Assembly (NCBI GenBank): GCA_965262015.1
Contig: OZ253494.1
Coordinates: forward strand, 1,402,720 to 1,466,719
Reading direction: 5' to 3'
Source of the DNA: Leptospiria bacterium
Lineage (GTDB): Bacteria > Spirochaetota > Leptospiria > Turneriellales > CBDBES01
Length of the DNA stretch: 64,000 nt
A program made the position numbers and the translations under genes. The notes beneath the pieces were generated by a model, which saw only the letters and a program-made list of their open reading frames with translations, did no database searches and was not told the origin of the DNA. This document shows, in pieces, positions 15,592 through 24,272 of the stretch; within the stretch, counting starts at the first letter, position 1; each line of letters opens with the position of its first letter.

Positions 15592-18111
15592 ATGAAATAC
15601 ATAAAAAATATGAACACTACGTTAATGAATAGCGTCAATTGGCATGCAAGATGGTCATTAGTTATATGTGTTGGTCTTATGGTATTTATGATCTTTGGCG
15701 TATCTTTGTCTACAGGATGTTCTATCACCTTTCCAGGTAGAATAGTCAATCCCCCTCCCCTCCCCGATGTAGATTGCCCTACAGGTACGGCTCGCCTTGC
15801 AAATACTTCTAAAAAAACTACAGACACCTGCATGCTTGATGCTGATTCCGATGCTCCTGATGTAGATTGCCCTACGGGTATGGCTCGCCTTGCAAATGCT
15901 TCTAAAAAAACTACAGACACCTGCATGCCCGATACTGATGGTGACGGTACTCCTGATGTAACTTGTCTTATGGGCACCATTCGTTTGGCAGGTACTTCTA
16001 TAAATACTATGGACACTTGTGTCCCCGATGATGACGGCGATGGTATTCCTGATTCCATGGATGTAGATGCTGATGGTGATGGTTTGATAGAGATAAAAAC
16101 TGCTGAGATGCTAGATAACATGCGCTATGATTTGGCGGGAACAAGCTATAAGACTAAGGCTCAGGACTTAGCGGGTGAAGATGGTAATACAGATGGTTGC
16201 CCTGCTGTTGTTAGTAGCAGTGGAGATTGTAACGGCTACGAACTAACGGCCGACATTGATCTTTTGAGCTTGCTTGATGCAAATGGCAATGGGATGATTG
16301 ATACGACGATGGAGGGCATTGATAAAAATACTGACGGCGATACAACAGATGCAGGTGAGCAAATAACAGTTATTGATATAGGTACGGGCAAAGACAAAAG
16401 TTGGGTGCCCATTGGTACTACTGGCACGGAGAACAGCTTCACAGGCACTTTTGAAGGCAATAACCACACCATCGCTAACCTTTGGGTGAATATCTCTTCT
16501 TCTAGCTCTACTGTTTATGCGGGTTTGTTTGGTCTAGCGGGTGGCCCGAGCATTCGTAATGTGGGGGTTATTTCAGGTTCAATTCACGCTTTTTCTTCTG
16601 ATTCTTCTTCTGAGTCTTATTCAGGCGGTTTGGTGGGTTATTCTGGGAGTACTTTGAGTATTACGAATAGTTATTTTAGCGGTGGGGGTGGAGTTTCTTC
16701 TAATTCTTATTCTAATTCAGGCGGTTTGGTGGGTTATTCTGGGAGTACTTTGACAATAACGAATAGTTATTTTAGCGGTGCGGGTGGAGTTTCTTCTGCT
16801 TCTTCTTCAGGCGGTTTGGTGGGTTATTCTGGGAGTACTTTGAGTATTACGAATAGTTATTTTAGTGGTGTGGGTGGAGTTTCTGATTCTTCTGCTTTTC
16901 GTTCTTCTTCAGGCGGTTTGGTGGGTTATTCTGTGGGGAGTACTTTGAGTATTACGAATAGTTATTTTAGCGGTGGGGGTGGAGTTTCTTCTTCTACTTC
17001 TTCTAGTTCCTCTGAGTCTTATTCAGGCGGTTTGGTGGGTTATTCTAGAAGTACTTTGATAATAACGAATAGTTATTTTAGCGGTGGGGGTGGAGTTTCT
17101 ACTTCTTCTGCTTTTCGTTCTTCTTCAGGCGGTTTGGTGGGTTATTCTGAGAGTACTTTGAGTATTATGAATAGTTATTTTAGCGGTGTGGGTGGAGTTT
17201 CTTCTGATTCTTCTTCTTCTAATTCAGGCGGTTTGGTGGGTTATTCTGGGAGTACTTTGAGTATTACGAATAGTTATTTTAGCGGTGCGGGTGGAGTTTC
17301 TTCTGCTTCTTCTTCAGGTGGTTTGGTGGGTTATTCTGGGAGTACTTTGAGTATTACGAATAGTTATTTTAGTGGTGTGGGTGGAGTTTCTGATTCTTCT
17401 GCTTTTCGTTCTTCTTCAGGCGGTTTGGTGGGTTATTCTGGGAGTACTTTGAGTATTACGAATAGTTATTTTAGCGGTGGGGATGGAGTTTCTTCTAATT
17501 CTACTACTTCTTCTTCTAATTCAGGCGGTTTGGTGGGTTATTCTCAGAGTGGGAGTACTTTGATGATTATGAATAGTTATTTTAGCGGTGGGGGTGGAGT
17601 TTCTTCTAATTCTACTACTTCTTCTTCTAATTCAGGCGGTTTGGTGGGTTATTCTGTGGGGAGTACTTTGAGTATTACGAATAGTTATTTTAGCGGTGGG
17701 GGTGGAGTTTCTTCTAATTCTACTACTTCTTCTTCTAATTCAGGCGGTTTGGTGGGTTATTCTGTGAGTACTGTGAGTACTTTGACGATTACGAATAGTT
17801 ATTGGGACAACAGTGTGCCTCAAAGTGTAGATGGCTCTCCCCAAAGTCTGCGGGTCGTGGGTAGCTCTTCGACGAATCCAATGGGTGCAACTGGTCTCAC
17901 CTTAACGCAACTACAAGCTATCACTGTTAGCACTACAAGTGCCCCATCCCCATCTGGTTTGCCACATAGTGCCACTGATAATACCAAATCTTGGGACCTA
18001 GGCACCGCAAGCCAGCTACCTGCGGTTAAGTTATGCGTTAGCCCCACGGTTAGCAGCACCAACGTTGTAACATGTGCGTCATACGGTGCTCTGCTTGCCG
18101 GGCAACGATAG
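15592..18111 (+). CDS. Surface lipoprotein paralog 2: three Cys-loop/TSP3-like modules plus 12 GLUG-type repeats
   Basis: This 839-aa protein has the same signal peptide and LSTGC as paralog 1. It carries three (V/I)DCPTG.ARLAN.SKKTTDTC-type modules and 12 copies of GGLVGYS.STL.I.NSYFSG.GGVS with Ser-rich spacers. Confidence 0.85.
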   Translation: MKYIKNMNTTLMNSVNWHARWSLVICVGLMVFMIFGVSLSTGCSITFPGRIVNPPPLPDVDCPTGTARLANTSKKTTDTCMLDADSDAPDVDCPTGMARLANASKKTTDTCMPDTDGDGTPDVTCLMGTIRLAGTSINTMDTCVPDDDGDGIPDSMDVDADGDGLIEIKTAEMLDNMRYDLAGTSYKTKAQDLAGEDGNTDGCPAVVSSSGDCNGYELTADIDLLSLLDANGNGMIDTTMEGIDKNTDGDTTDAGEQITVIDIGTGKDKSWVPIGTTGTENSFTGTFEGNNHTIANLWVNISSSSSTVYAGLFGLAGGPSIRNVGVISGSIHAFSSDSSSESYSGGLVGYSGSTLSITNSYFSGGGGVSSNSYSNSGGLVGYSGSTLTITNSYFSGAGGVSSASSSGGLVGYSGSTLSITNSYFSGVGGVSDSSAFRSSSGGLVGYSVGSTLSITNSYFSGGGGVSSSTSSSSSESYSGGLVGYSRSTLIITNSYFSGGGGVSTSSAFRSSSGGLVGYSESTLSIMNSYFSGVGGVSSDSSSSNSGGLVGYSGSTLSITNSYFSGAGGVSSASSSGGLVGYSGSTLSITNSYFSGVGGVSDSSAFRSSSGGLVGYSGSTLSITNSYFSGGDGVSSNSTTSSSNSGGLVGYSQSGSTLMIMNSYFSGGGGVSSNSTTSSSNSGGLVGYSVGSTLSITNSYFSGGGGVSSNSTTSSSNSGGLVGYSVSTVSTLTITNSYWDNSVPQSVDGSPQSLRVVGSSSTNPMGATGLTLTQLQAITVSTTSAPSPSGLPHSATDNTKSWDLGTASQLPAVKLCVSPTVSSTNVVTCASYGALLAGQR
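16621..17805 (+). repeat. Intragenic near-identical 90-114-nt tandem repeats (12 units) with a 507-nt higher-order duplication
   Basis: The unit TCAGGCGGTTTGGTGGGTTATTCTGGGAGTACTTTGAGTATTACGAATAGTTATTTTAGCGGTG.GGGTGGAGTTTCT recurs. Repeats 2-3 (from 16717) recur almost base-for-base as repeats 7-8 (from 17224). Confidence 0.9.
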
Positions 18112-18125
18112 ACGACTGCCATCCA

Positions 18126-18229
18126 GTGATGCTCTACTCACTGGGCAAAGATAAGCATTGCCGACCGATAGTACTGAGTGATGCTCTATTCACTGGGCGA
18201 AGATAAGCACTGCCGACCGATAGTACTGA
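18126..18229 (+). repeat. 2 x 52-nt tandem copy of a stop-containing tail motif derived from the gene 3' terminus
   Basis: GTGATGCTCTAYTCACTGGGCRAAGATAAGCAYTGCCGACCGATAGTACTGA occurs twice here. Single copies lie in units 1, 3 and 4. It encodes SDAL(L/F)TG(Q/R)R*, compare the gene end YGALLAGQR*. Confidence 0.8.
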
Positions 18230-18407
18230 GGATAAAGTAACCAAAGGTGCTTGGAATTTTGGCACCCTTATGCAAATCCCTGCCCTTAAATACGCCGACT
18301 ATGACGGTACTGGTACTATATTCTATTGCAACAGTGTTATGTCTACACCTACAACTGGAATTCCTATTCCTAACTGTGGTGAATTCATCCCTGGACAGGG
18401 TCGGTAG
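18207..18407 (+). pseudogene. Truncated relic of the downstream C-terminal-domain module (unit 2)
   Basis: It reads ...STEDKVTKGAWNFGTLMQIPALKYADYDGTGTIFYCNSVMSTPTTGIPIPNCGEFIPGQGR*. It lacks the 208 nt present in units 1 and 4 between the direct repeats ACCAAAGG, and it has no usable start codon. Confidence 0.6.
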
Positions 18408-18470
18408 AAGGTGGTGAAAGAGATCATCACCTCCTGCTTAAGAATATATCTGCAGGGCTTTAAGAAATTA

Positions 18471-18702
18471 AGCATTAGAGCTGAACAGAGCCAAAACAAT
18501 AGACCTGGCTTAGCCTAGTATCTTTATCTCATACAGGACAGTAGATTTTGATAGATTGATTTTTTGAGCTATTTTTCAATAGCTCATATTCTCTAATAAA
18601 TACTTCTGTATATTTTGATAAGCTGTTCTTCCTGAATCTTATTATTTAAGAAAAACAGCTCATGAATACCTTAAAACATCCAGGGTTGAACTTGCCTTTC
18701 AA
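18471..18702 (-). mobile_element. MITE-like IS30 derivative at the unit 2/3 boundary (single IR copy, hairpin segment deleted)
   Basis: AGCATTAGAGCTGAACAGAGCCAAAACAATAGACCTGGCTTAGCCTAG is followed directly by the IS 5' region, ending ...CCAGGGTTGAACTTGCCTTTCAA. Confidence 0.6.
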
Positions 18703-18749
18703 CCAGTTACATAATTTCTTGACTATACACACCTACATCAGATTTATAT

Positions 18750-18784
18750 TTTTCTAAATAGGCAGAGCATGCCTATTTAGAAAA
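18750..18784 (+). promoter_or_regulatory. Conserved leader palindrome (15-bp stem) upstream of paralog 3
   Basis: The sequence TTTTCTAAATAGGCA-GAGCA-TGCCTATTTAGAAAA is identical to the unit 1 copy. Confidence 0.55.
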
Positions 18785-18791
18785 TACAAAT

Positions 18792-20936
18792 ATGAAATAC
18801 ATAAAAAATAAGAATACTACGTTAATGAATAGCGTCAATTGGCATCCAAGATGGTCATTAGTTATGTGTGTTGGTCTTATGGTATTTATGATCTTTGGCG
18901 TATCTTTGTCTACAGGATGTTCTATCACCTTTCCAGGTAGAATAGTCAATCCCCCTCCCCTCCCTGATATAGATTGCCCTACGGGTATGGCTCGCCTTGC
19001 AAATACTTCTAAAAAAATTACAGACACCTGCACGCTTGATGCCGATTCCATTAATACGGATGATGACGGCGATGGTATTCCTGATTCCATGGATGTAGAT
19101 GCTGATGGTGATGGTTTGATAGAGATAAAAAATGCCGTGATGCTAGATAACATGCGCCATGATCTATCGGGTACCAGCTATAAGACTAAGGCTCAGGACT
19201 TAGCGGGTGAAGATGGTAATACAGATGGTTGCCCTGCTGTTGTTAGTGGCAGTGGTGGTTGTAACGGCTACGAACTAACGGCCGATATTGATCTTTTGAG
19301 TTTGCTTGATGCCAACGGTAATGGGATGATCGATACGACGATGGAGGGCATTGATAAAAATGCTGACGGCGATACGACAGATGCAGGTGAGCAAATAACA
19401 GTTATTGATATAGGTACGGGAAAAGATAAAAGTTGGGTGCCCATTGGTACCGTTGGCACGGGGAAAAGCTTCACAGGCACTTTTGAAGGCAATAACCACA
19501 CCATCGCTAACCTTTGGATGAATAGCTCTAATGTCTATACGGGCTTATTTGGTGTAACGGGTGGCACGGTGGCCATTCGCAATGTGGGGGTTATTTCAGG
19601 TTTAATTCACGTTTCTTCTTCTAATTCTGGTTCAGGCGGTTTGGTGGGTTATTCTGGGAGTGGGAGTACTTTGACAATAACGAATAGTTATTTTAGTGGT
19701 GCGGGTGGAGTTTCTTCTCCTTATTCTGCTTCTTATTCAGGCGGTTTGGTGGGTTATTCTGGGAGTGGGAGTACTTTGACAATAACGAATAGTTATTTTA
19801 GTGGTGCGGGTGGAGTTTTTTCTGCTTCTGGTTCAGGCGGTTTGGTGGGTTATTCTGGGAGTACTTTGACAATAACGAATAGTTATTTTAGCGGTGGGGG
19901 TGGAGTTTCTTCTTCTAATTCTTCAGGCGGTTTGGTGGGTGTTTCTGAGAGTACTTTGACAATAACAAATAGTTATTTTAGCGGTGGGGGTGGAGTTTCT
20001 TCTGTTTCTTCTTCTTCTAATTCTTCAGGCGGTTTGGTGGGTTATTCTGGGAGTATGAGTACTTTGATAATAACGAATAGTTATTTTAGCGGTGGGGGTG
20101 GAGTTTCTTCCTCCTCTTCTTCTTATTCTTATTCAGGCGGTTTGGTGGGTTTTTCTGAGAGTACTTTGAGTATTACGAATAGTTATTTTAGCGGTGGGGG
20201 TGGAGTTTCTTCCTCCTCTTCTTCTTATTCTTATTCAGGCGGTTTGGTGGGTTTTTCTGGGAGTACTTTGAGTATTACGAATAGTTATTTTAGCGGTGGG
20301 GGTGGAGTTTCTTCCTCCTCTTCTTCTTCTGTTGCTACTGCTTCTTCTTCTTCAGGCGGTTTGGTGGGTTTTTCTGGGGGTACTTTGAGTATTGCGAATA
20401 GTTATTTTAGTGGTGAGGGTGGAGTTTCTACTACTACTTCTTCTTCTTCTTCTTATTCAGGCGGTTTGGTGGGTTATTCTGGGAGTACTTTGAGTATTAC
20501 GAATAGTTATTTTAGCGGTGGGGGTGGAGTTTCTTCCTCCTCTTCTTCTTCTTCTCATTCAGGCGGTTTGGTGGGTTCTTCTCAGAGTGGGAGTACTTTG
20601 ATGATTATGAATAGTTATTGGAACACAGACGCCCCTCAAAAAATAACTAATGGAATGACTGATCAAAGCCCAAAGCTGGCAGTGGGTAACTCTTCGACGA
20701 ATCGAATGGGTACAACTGGTCTCACCTTAACGCAACTACAAGCTATCACTGTTAGTACTACAAGTGCCCCATCCCCATCTGGTTTGCCACATAGTGCCAC
20801 TGATAATACCAAAGCTTGGGACCTAGGCACCGCAAGCCAGCTACCTGCGGTTAAGTTATGCGTTAGCCCCACGGTTAGCAGCACCAACGTTGTAACATGT
20901 GCATCATACGGTGCTCTGCTTGCCGGGCAACGATAG
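18792..20936 (+). CDS. Surface lipoprotein paralog 3: one Cys-loop/TSP3-like module plus 10 GLUG-type repeats
   Basis: This 714-aa protein has the same signal peptide and LSTGC. It carries 10 copies of GGLVG(Y/F/V/S)S..STL.I.NSYFSG.GGVS. Its C-terminal 90 aa are nearly identical to paralog 2. Confidence 0.85.
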   Translation: MKYIKNKNTTLMNSVNWHPRWSLVMCVGLMVFMIFGVSLSTGCSITFPGRIVNPPPLPDIDCPTGMARLANTSKKITDTCTLDADSINTDDDGDGIPDSMDVDADGDGLIEIKNAVMLDNMRHDLSGTSYKTKAQDLAGEDGNTDGCPAVVSGSGGCNGYELTADIDLLSLLDANGNGMIDTTMEGIDKNADGDTTDAGEQITVIDIGTGKDKSWVPIGTVGTGKSFTGTFEGNNHTIANLWMNSSNVYTGLFGVTGGTVAIRNVGVISGLIHVSSSNSGSGGLVGYSGSGSTLTITNSYFSGAGGVSSPYSASYSGGLVGYSGSGSTLTITNSYFSGAGGVFSASGSGGLVGYSGSTLTITNSYFSGGGGVSSSNSSGGLVGVSESTLTITNSYFSGGGGVSSVSSSSNSSGGLVGYSGSMSTLIITNSYFSGGGGVSSSSSSYSYSGGLVGFSESTLSITNSYFSGGGGVSSSSSSYSYSGGLVGFSGSTLSITNSYFSGGGGVSSSSSSSVATASSSSGGLVGFSGGTLSIANSYFSGEGGVSTTTSSSSSYSGGLVGYSGSTLSITNSYFSGGGGVSSSSSSSSHSGGLVGSSQSGSTLMIMNSYWNTDAPQKITNGMTDQSPKLAVGNSSTNRMGTTGLTLTQLQAITVSTTSAPSPSGLPHSATDNTKAWDLGTASQLPAVKLCVSPTVSSTNVVTCASYGALLAGQR
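19632..20622 (+). repeat. Intragenic near-identical tandem repeats (10 units) with (TCT)n-rich spacers
   Basis: The repeat consensus is the same as in paralog 2. Spacers contain TCTTCTTCTTCT... runs of variable length. Confidence 0.9.
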
Positions 20937-21000
20937 ACGACTGCCATCCAGTGATGCTCTACTCACTGGGCAAAGATAAGCATTGCCGACCGATAGTACT

Positions 21001-21197
21001 GAGGATAAAGTAACCAAAGGGCTTGGAGCTTTGTCACTGGTAAAATCCCTGCCCTTAAATACGCCGACTATGCAGACTATGACGGTACTGGTACTACATT
21101 CTATTGCAACAGTGTTATGTCTACACCTGCAACGGGAATGGGAATGCCCATGCCCATTCCTAACTGTGGTGAATTTATCCCTGGACAGGGTCGGTAG
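21001..21197 (+). pseudogene. Frameshifted relic of the downstream C-terminal-domain module (unit 3)
   Basis: The homologous frame reads ...IPALKYADYADYDGTGTTFYCNSVMSTPATGMGMPMPIPNCGEFIPGQGR*. A 4-nt length difference upstream breaks the frame, so the track ORF 20983-21207 is in a different frame. Confidence 0.55.
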
Positions 21198-21401
21198 AAG
21201 GTGGTGAAAGAGATCATCACCTTCTGCTTAAGAATATATCTGCAGGGCTTTAAGGAATTGAGCGTTAGAGCTGAACAGAGCCAAGAAAGGTAGACCTGGC
21301 TTAGCTATTATTTGCAAAATTTAGATTAGATTTTTATTTTCTTTTAACGGTGTTGGTTCTTGCACCAACACCGTTGTTCATGTTGATTGATCTTGTAAAA
21401 T

Positions 21402-21634
21402 CAAGAAATTAGCATTGGCTCTGGACAGAAATAGACCTGGCCTAACCTCGTATCTTTATCTCATAAAAGACAGCAGATTTTGGTATATGTATATATGAGC
21501 TATTTTTCAATAGCTCATATTCTCTAATAAATACTTCTGCATATTTTTATTAGTTATTCTCCTTATTTTTCATCTTTTTAAGAAAAACAGCTCATGAATA
21601 CCTTAAACCGTCCAGGGTTGAACTAGCCTTTCAA
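21402..21634 (-). mobile_element. MITE-like IS30 derivative at the unit 3/4 boundary
   Basis: It has the same architecture as 15272-15505, and an extra IR copy lies at about 21261-21305. Confidence 0.6.
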
Positions 21635-21679
21635 CCAGTTACACAATTCTTGACCATACACATCTACTTAGGTGCATGG

Positions 21680-21712
21680 CTTCTAAATAGGCAGAGTATG
21701 CCTATTTAGAAG
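21680..21712 (+). promoter_or_regulatory. Conserved leader palindrome (14-bp stem) upstream of paralog 4
   Basis: The sequence CTTCTAAATAGGCA-GAGTA-TGCCTATTTAGAAG is identical to the unit 2 copy. Confidence 0.55.
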
Positions 21713-21720
21713 ATACAAAT

Positions 21721-23616
21721 ATGAAATACATAAAAAATATGAACACTACGTTAATGAATAGCGTCAATTGGCATCCAAGATGGTCATTAGTTATGTGTGT
21801 TGGTCTTATGGTATTTATGATCTTTGGCGTATCTTTGTCTACAGGATGTTCTATCACCTTTCCAGGTAGAATAGTCAATCCCCCTCCCCTCCCCGATGTA
21901 GATTGCCCTACAGGTACGGCTCGCCTTGCAAATACTTCTAAAAAAACTACAGACACCTGCATGCTTGATGCCGATTCCGATGCTCCTGATGTAGATTGCC
22001 CTACGGGTATGGCTCGCCTTGCAAATGCTTCTAAAAAAACTACAGACACCTGCATGCCCGATACTGATGGTGACGGTACTCCTGATGTAACTTGTCTTAT
22101 GGGCACCATTCGTTTGGCAGGTACTTCTATAAATACTATGGACACTTGTGTCCCCGATGATGACGGCGATGGTATTCCTGATTCCATGGATGTAGATGCT
22201 GATGGTGATGGTTTGATAGAGATAAAAACTGCTGAGATGCTAGATAACATGCGCTATGATTTGGCGGGAACAAGCTATAAGACCTCGGCGACACAAACAA
22301 CAGGTAATACAGATGGTTGCCCTGCTGTTGGCAGTGGTGGTTGTAACGGCTACGAACTAACGGCCGATATTGATCTTTTGAGTTTGCTTGATGCCAACGG
22401 TAATGGGATGATCGATACGACGATGGAGGGCATTGATAAAAATGCTGACGGCGATACGACAGATGCAGGTGAGCAAATAACAGTTATTGATACTACTGCA
22501 GATACAAGCTGGATGCCTATTGGTGATAATTCGACAAATGATGACATAACTCGCTTCACAGGCACTTTTGAGGGCAACAACCACACCATCGCCAACCTCT
22601 GGGTGAATATTTCTTCTTCGGATAACGCCCATGCGGGTTTATTTGGCGTAACGGGTGGAACAACGGTGACCATTCGCAATGTGAGTGTCATTTCAGGCTC
22701 AATTCATTCTTCTGCTACTTCTGCTTCTGGTCAATCTAATGCAGGCGGTTTGGTGGGACTTTCTACTGCTTCTTTAATAATAAGTGATTGTACTTTTTCT
22801 GGATCGCTTGGGGTCTCTACTTCTAATAATGCTGGCGGTCTAGTGGGTGCGTCTGGTGCTCCTTTAATAATAAGCAATTGTACTTTTTTGGGGTCGGGTG
22901 ATATCTCTTCTTCTAATCAAAGTGGTTCTTCTGCTGGTGGTCTGGTGGGGTGGATTAGTTCTTCTTTGACAATCACTAATTCCATTTTTTCTGGGTCGGG
23001 TGATATCTCTGCTTCTGCTTCTAATGGTTCTACTCATTCTGGCGGTCTGGTGGGGTGGATGAGTTCTTCTTTGACAATCACTAATTGCATTTTTTCTGGG
23101 TCGGGTGATATCTCTGCTTCTTCTCCTTCTGCTTCTAATAGTTCTATTGTTGGCGGTTTGACTGGTCACGCTTACTCTACCTCTCCCGTTTCTTGGACAA
23201 TTACTAATTGCAGTTTCTTTGGCTCTGGTCAAATCTCTTCTATGGGTACTAATAGTTTTACTGTTGGCGGTTTGATTGGAACTACTAACAGTTCTTTGAC
23301 GATAAGAAACAGTTATTGGAACAAAGATGCCATCCAAAGAGTGGGTGGCTCTAACCAAAGCCCCAAGAGGGCGAAGGGTGACGCTTCTTCAGATCCATCT
23401 GGCACGATTGGCCTCACCTTAGTAGAACTGCAAGCTATTACTGGCATACACCCATCTGGTTTGCCACATAGTGCCACCGACAGCACCAAAGCTTGGGACC
23501 TAGGCACTGCAAGCCAGCTACCCGCTATTAAGCTGTGTATTCCCACCATCACAAGCGGTGTCACCGATTGGACGATGTGTGCGTCATACGGTGCTCTGCT
23601 TGCTGGGCAACGATAG
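21721..23616 (+). CDS. Surface lipoprotein paralog 4 (chimeric): three Cys-loop/TSP3-like modules plus 6 divergent GLUG-type repeats
   Basis: This 631-aa protein has a 5' part of about 470-560 nt almost identical to paralog 2. Its central region is of the paralog 1 type with a paralog 3 patch. It carries six GGL(V/T/I)G...I(S/T)N(C/S).F.GSG.IS repeats. Confidence 0.85.
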   Translation: MKYIKNMNTTLMNSVNWHPRWSLVMCVGLMVFMIFGVSLSTGCSITFPGRIVNPPPLPDVDCPTGTARLANTSKKTTDTCMLDADSDAPDVDCPTGMARLANASKKTTDTCMPDTDGDGTPDVTCLMGTIRLAGTSINTMDTCVPDDDGDGIPDSMDVDADGDGLIEIKTAEMLDNMRYDLAGTSYKTSATQTTGNTDGCPAVGSGGCNGYELTADIDLLSLLDANGNGMIDTTMEGIDKNADGDTTDAGEQITVIDTTADTSWMPIGDNSTNDDITRFTGTFEGNNHTIANLWVNISSSDNAHAGLFGVTGGTTVTIRNVSVISGSIHSSATSASGQSNAGGLVGLSTASLIISDCTFSGSLGVSTSNNAGGLVGASGAPLIISNCTFLGSGDISSSNQSGSSAGGLVGWISSSLTITNSIFSGSGDISASASNGSTHSGGLVGWMSSSLTITNCIFSGSGDISASSPSASNSSIVGGLTGHAYSTSPVSWTITNCSFFGSGQISSMGTNSFTVGGLIGTTNSSLTIRNSYWNKDAIQRVGGSNQSPKRAKGDASSDPSGTIGLTLVELQAITGIHPSGLPHSATDSTKAWDLGTASQLPAIKLCIPTITSGVTDWTMCASYGALLAGQR

Positions 23617-23701
23617 ACGACTGCCATCCAGTGATGCTCTACTCGCTGGGCGAAGATAAGCATTACCGACAATAGTACTGAGGATAAAGTAACCAAAGGG
23701 C

Positions 23702-24067
23702 TTGCTAGGATTAAAAGAAACTGGTGTTTCAGCACCCACGACAAGTTATGGATTCGGCACTGCAACTGGAGAAATGGATGGTGGATATGGTACCTCCATT
23801 CCATCAAGCATAGGTAGTGCAGGAACTGCAACGGAGCGTGCTGCTAAGTTGACGTCAAGCGACGTTGATGTATCATCGTGGAATGATGTTAGTCAAAACA
23901 CCAAAGGTGCTTGGAACTTCGGTACCCTTATGCAAATCCCTGCCCTTAAATACGCCGACTATGACGGTACTGGTACTATATTCTATTGCAACAGTGTTAT
24001 GTCTACACCTACAACTGGAATTCCTATTCCTAACTGTGGTGAATTCATCCCTGGACAGGCTAGGTAG
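23702..24067 (+). CDS. Hypothetical 121-aa C-terminal-domain-like ORF (identical copy of 14701-15066)
   Basis: The protein sequence in the track is identical to that of 14701-15066. Confidence 0.35.
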   Translation: MLGLKETGVSAPTTSYGFGTATGEMDGGYGTSIPSSIGSAGTATERAAKLTSSDVDVSSWNDVSQNTKGAWNFGTLMQIPALKYADYDGTGTIFYCNSVMSTPTTGIPIPNCGEFIPGQAR

Positions 24068-24272
24068 AAGGTGGTGAAAGAGATCATATCACCTTCTGCT
24101 TAAGAATATATCTGCAGGGCTTTAAGGAATTGAGCGTTAGAGCTGAACAGAGCCAAAACAATAGACCTGGCTTAGCTATTATTTGCAAAATTTAGATTAG
24201 ATTTTTATTTTCTTTTAACGGTGTTGGTTCTTGTACCAACACCGTTGTTCATGTTGATTGATCCTGTAAAAT

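Noticed and set aside
16621-20622. The repeat-spacer periodicity could be flagged as a CRISPR array, since it has a ~60-nt conserved core with variable 20-45-nt spacers.
   Set aside because: The repeats are in frame within long ORFs and encode a coherent GLUG-type protein repeat. The spacers are Ser-codon low complexity, the repeat is too long for CRISPR, and no cas genes or leader are present.
12716-23831. Many long antisense ORFs lie opposite the lipoprotein genes. They are 12716-13108, 13568-13987, 14333-14830, 15573-16121, 17820-18122, 18773-19153, 21702-22250, 22864-23358 and 23313-23831.
   Set aside because: They mirror the sense genes exactly and recur only because the DNA is duplicated. 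They have low-complexity Ser/Pro/Val-rich translations and lack SDs or export signals. They are expected from the GC-richer, stop-poor repeat DNA, and the sense frames carry all the recognisable motifs.
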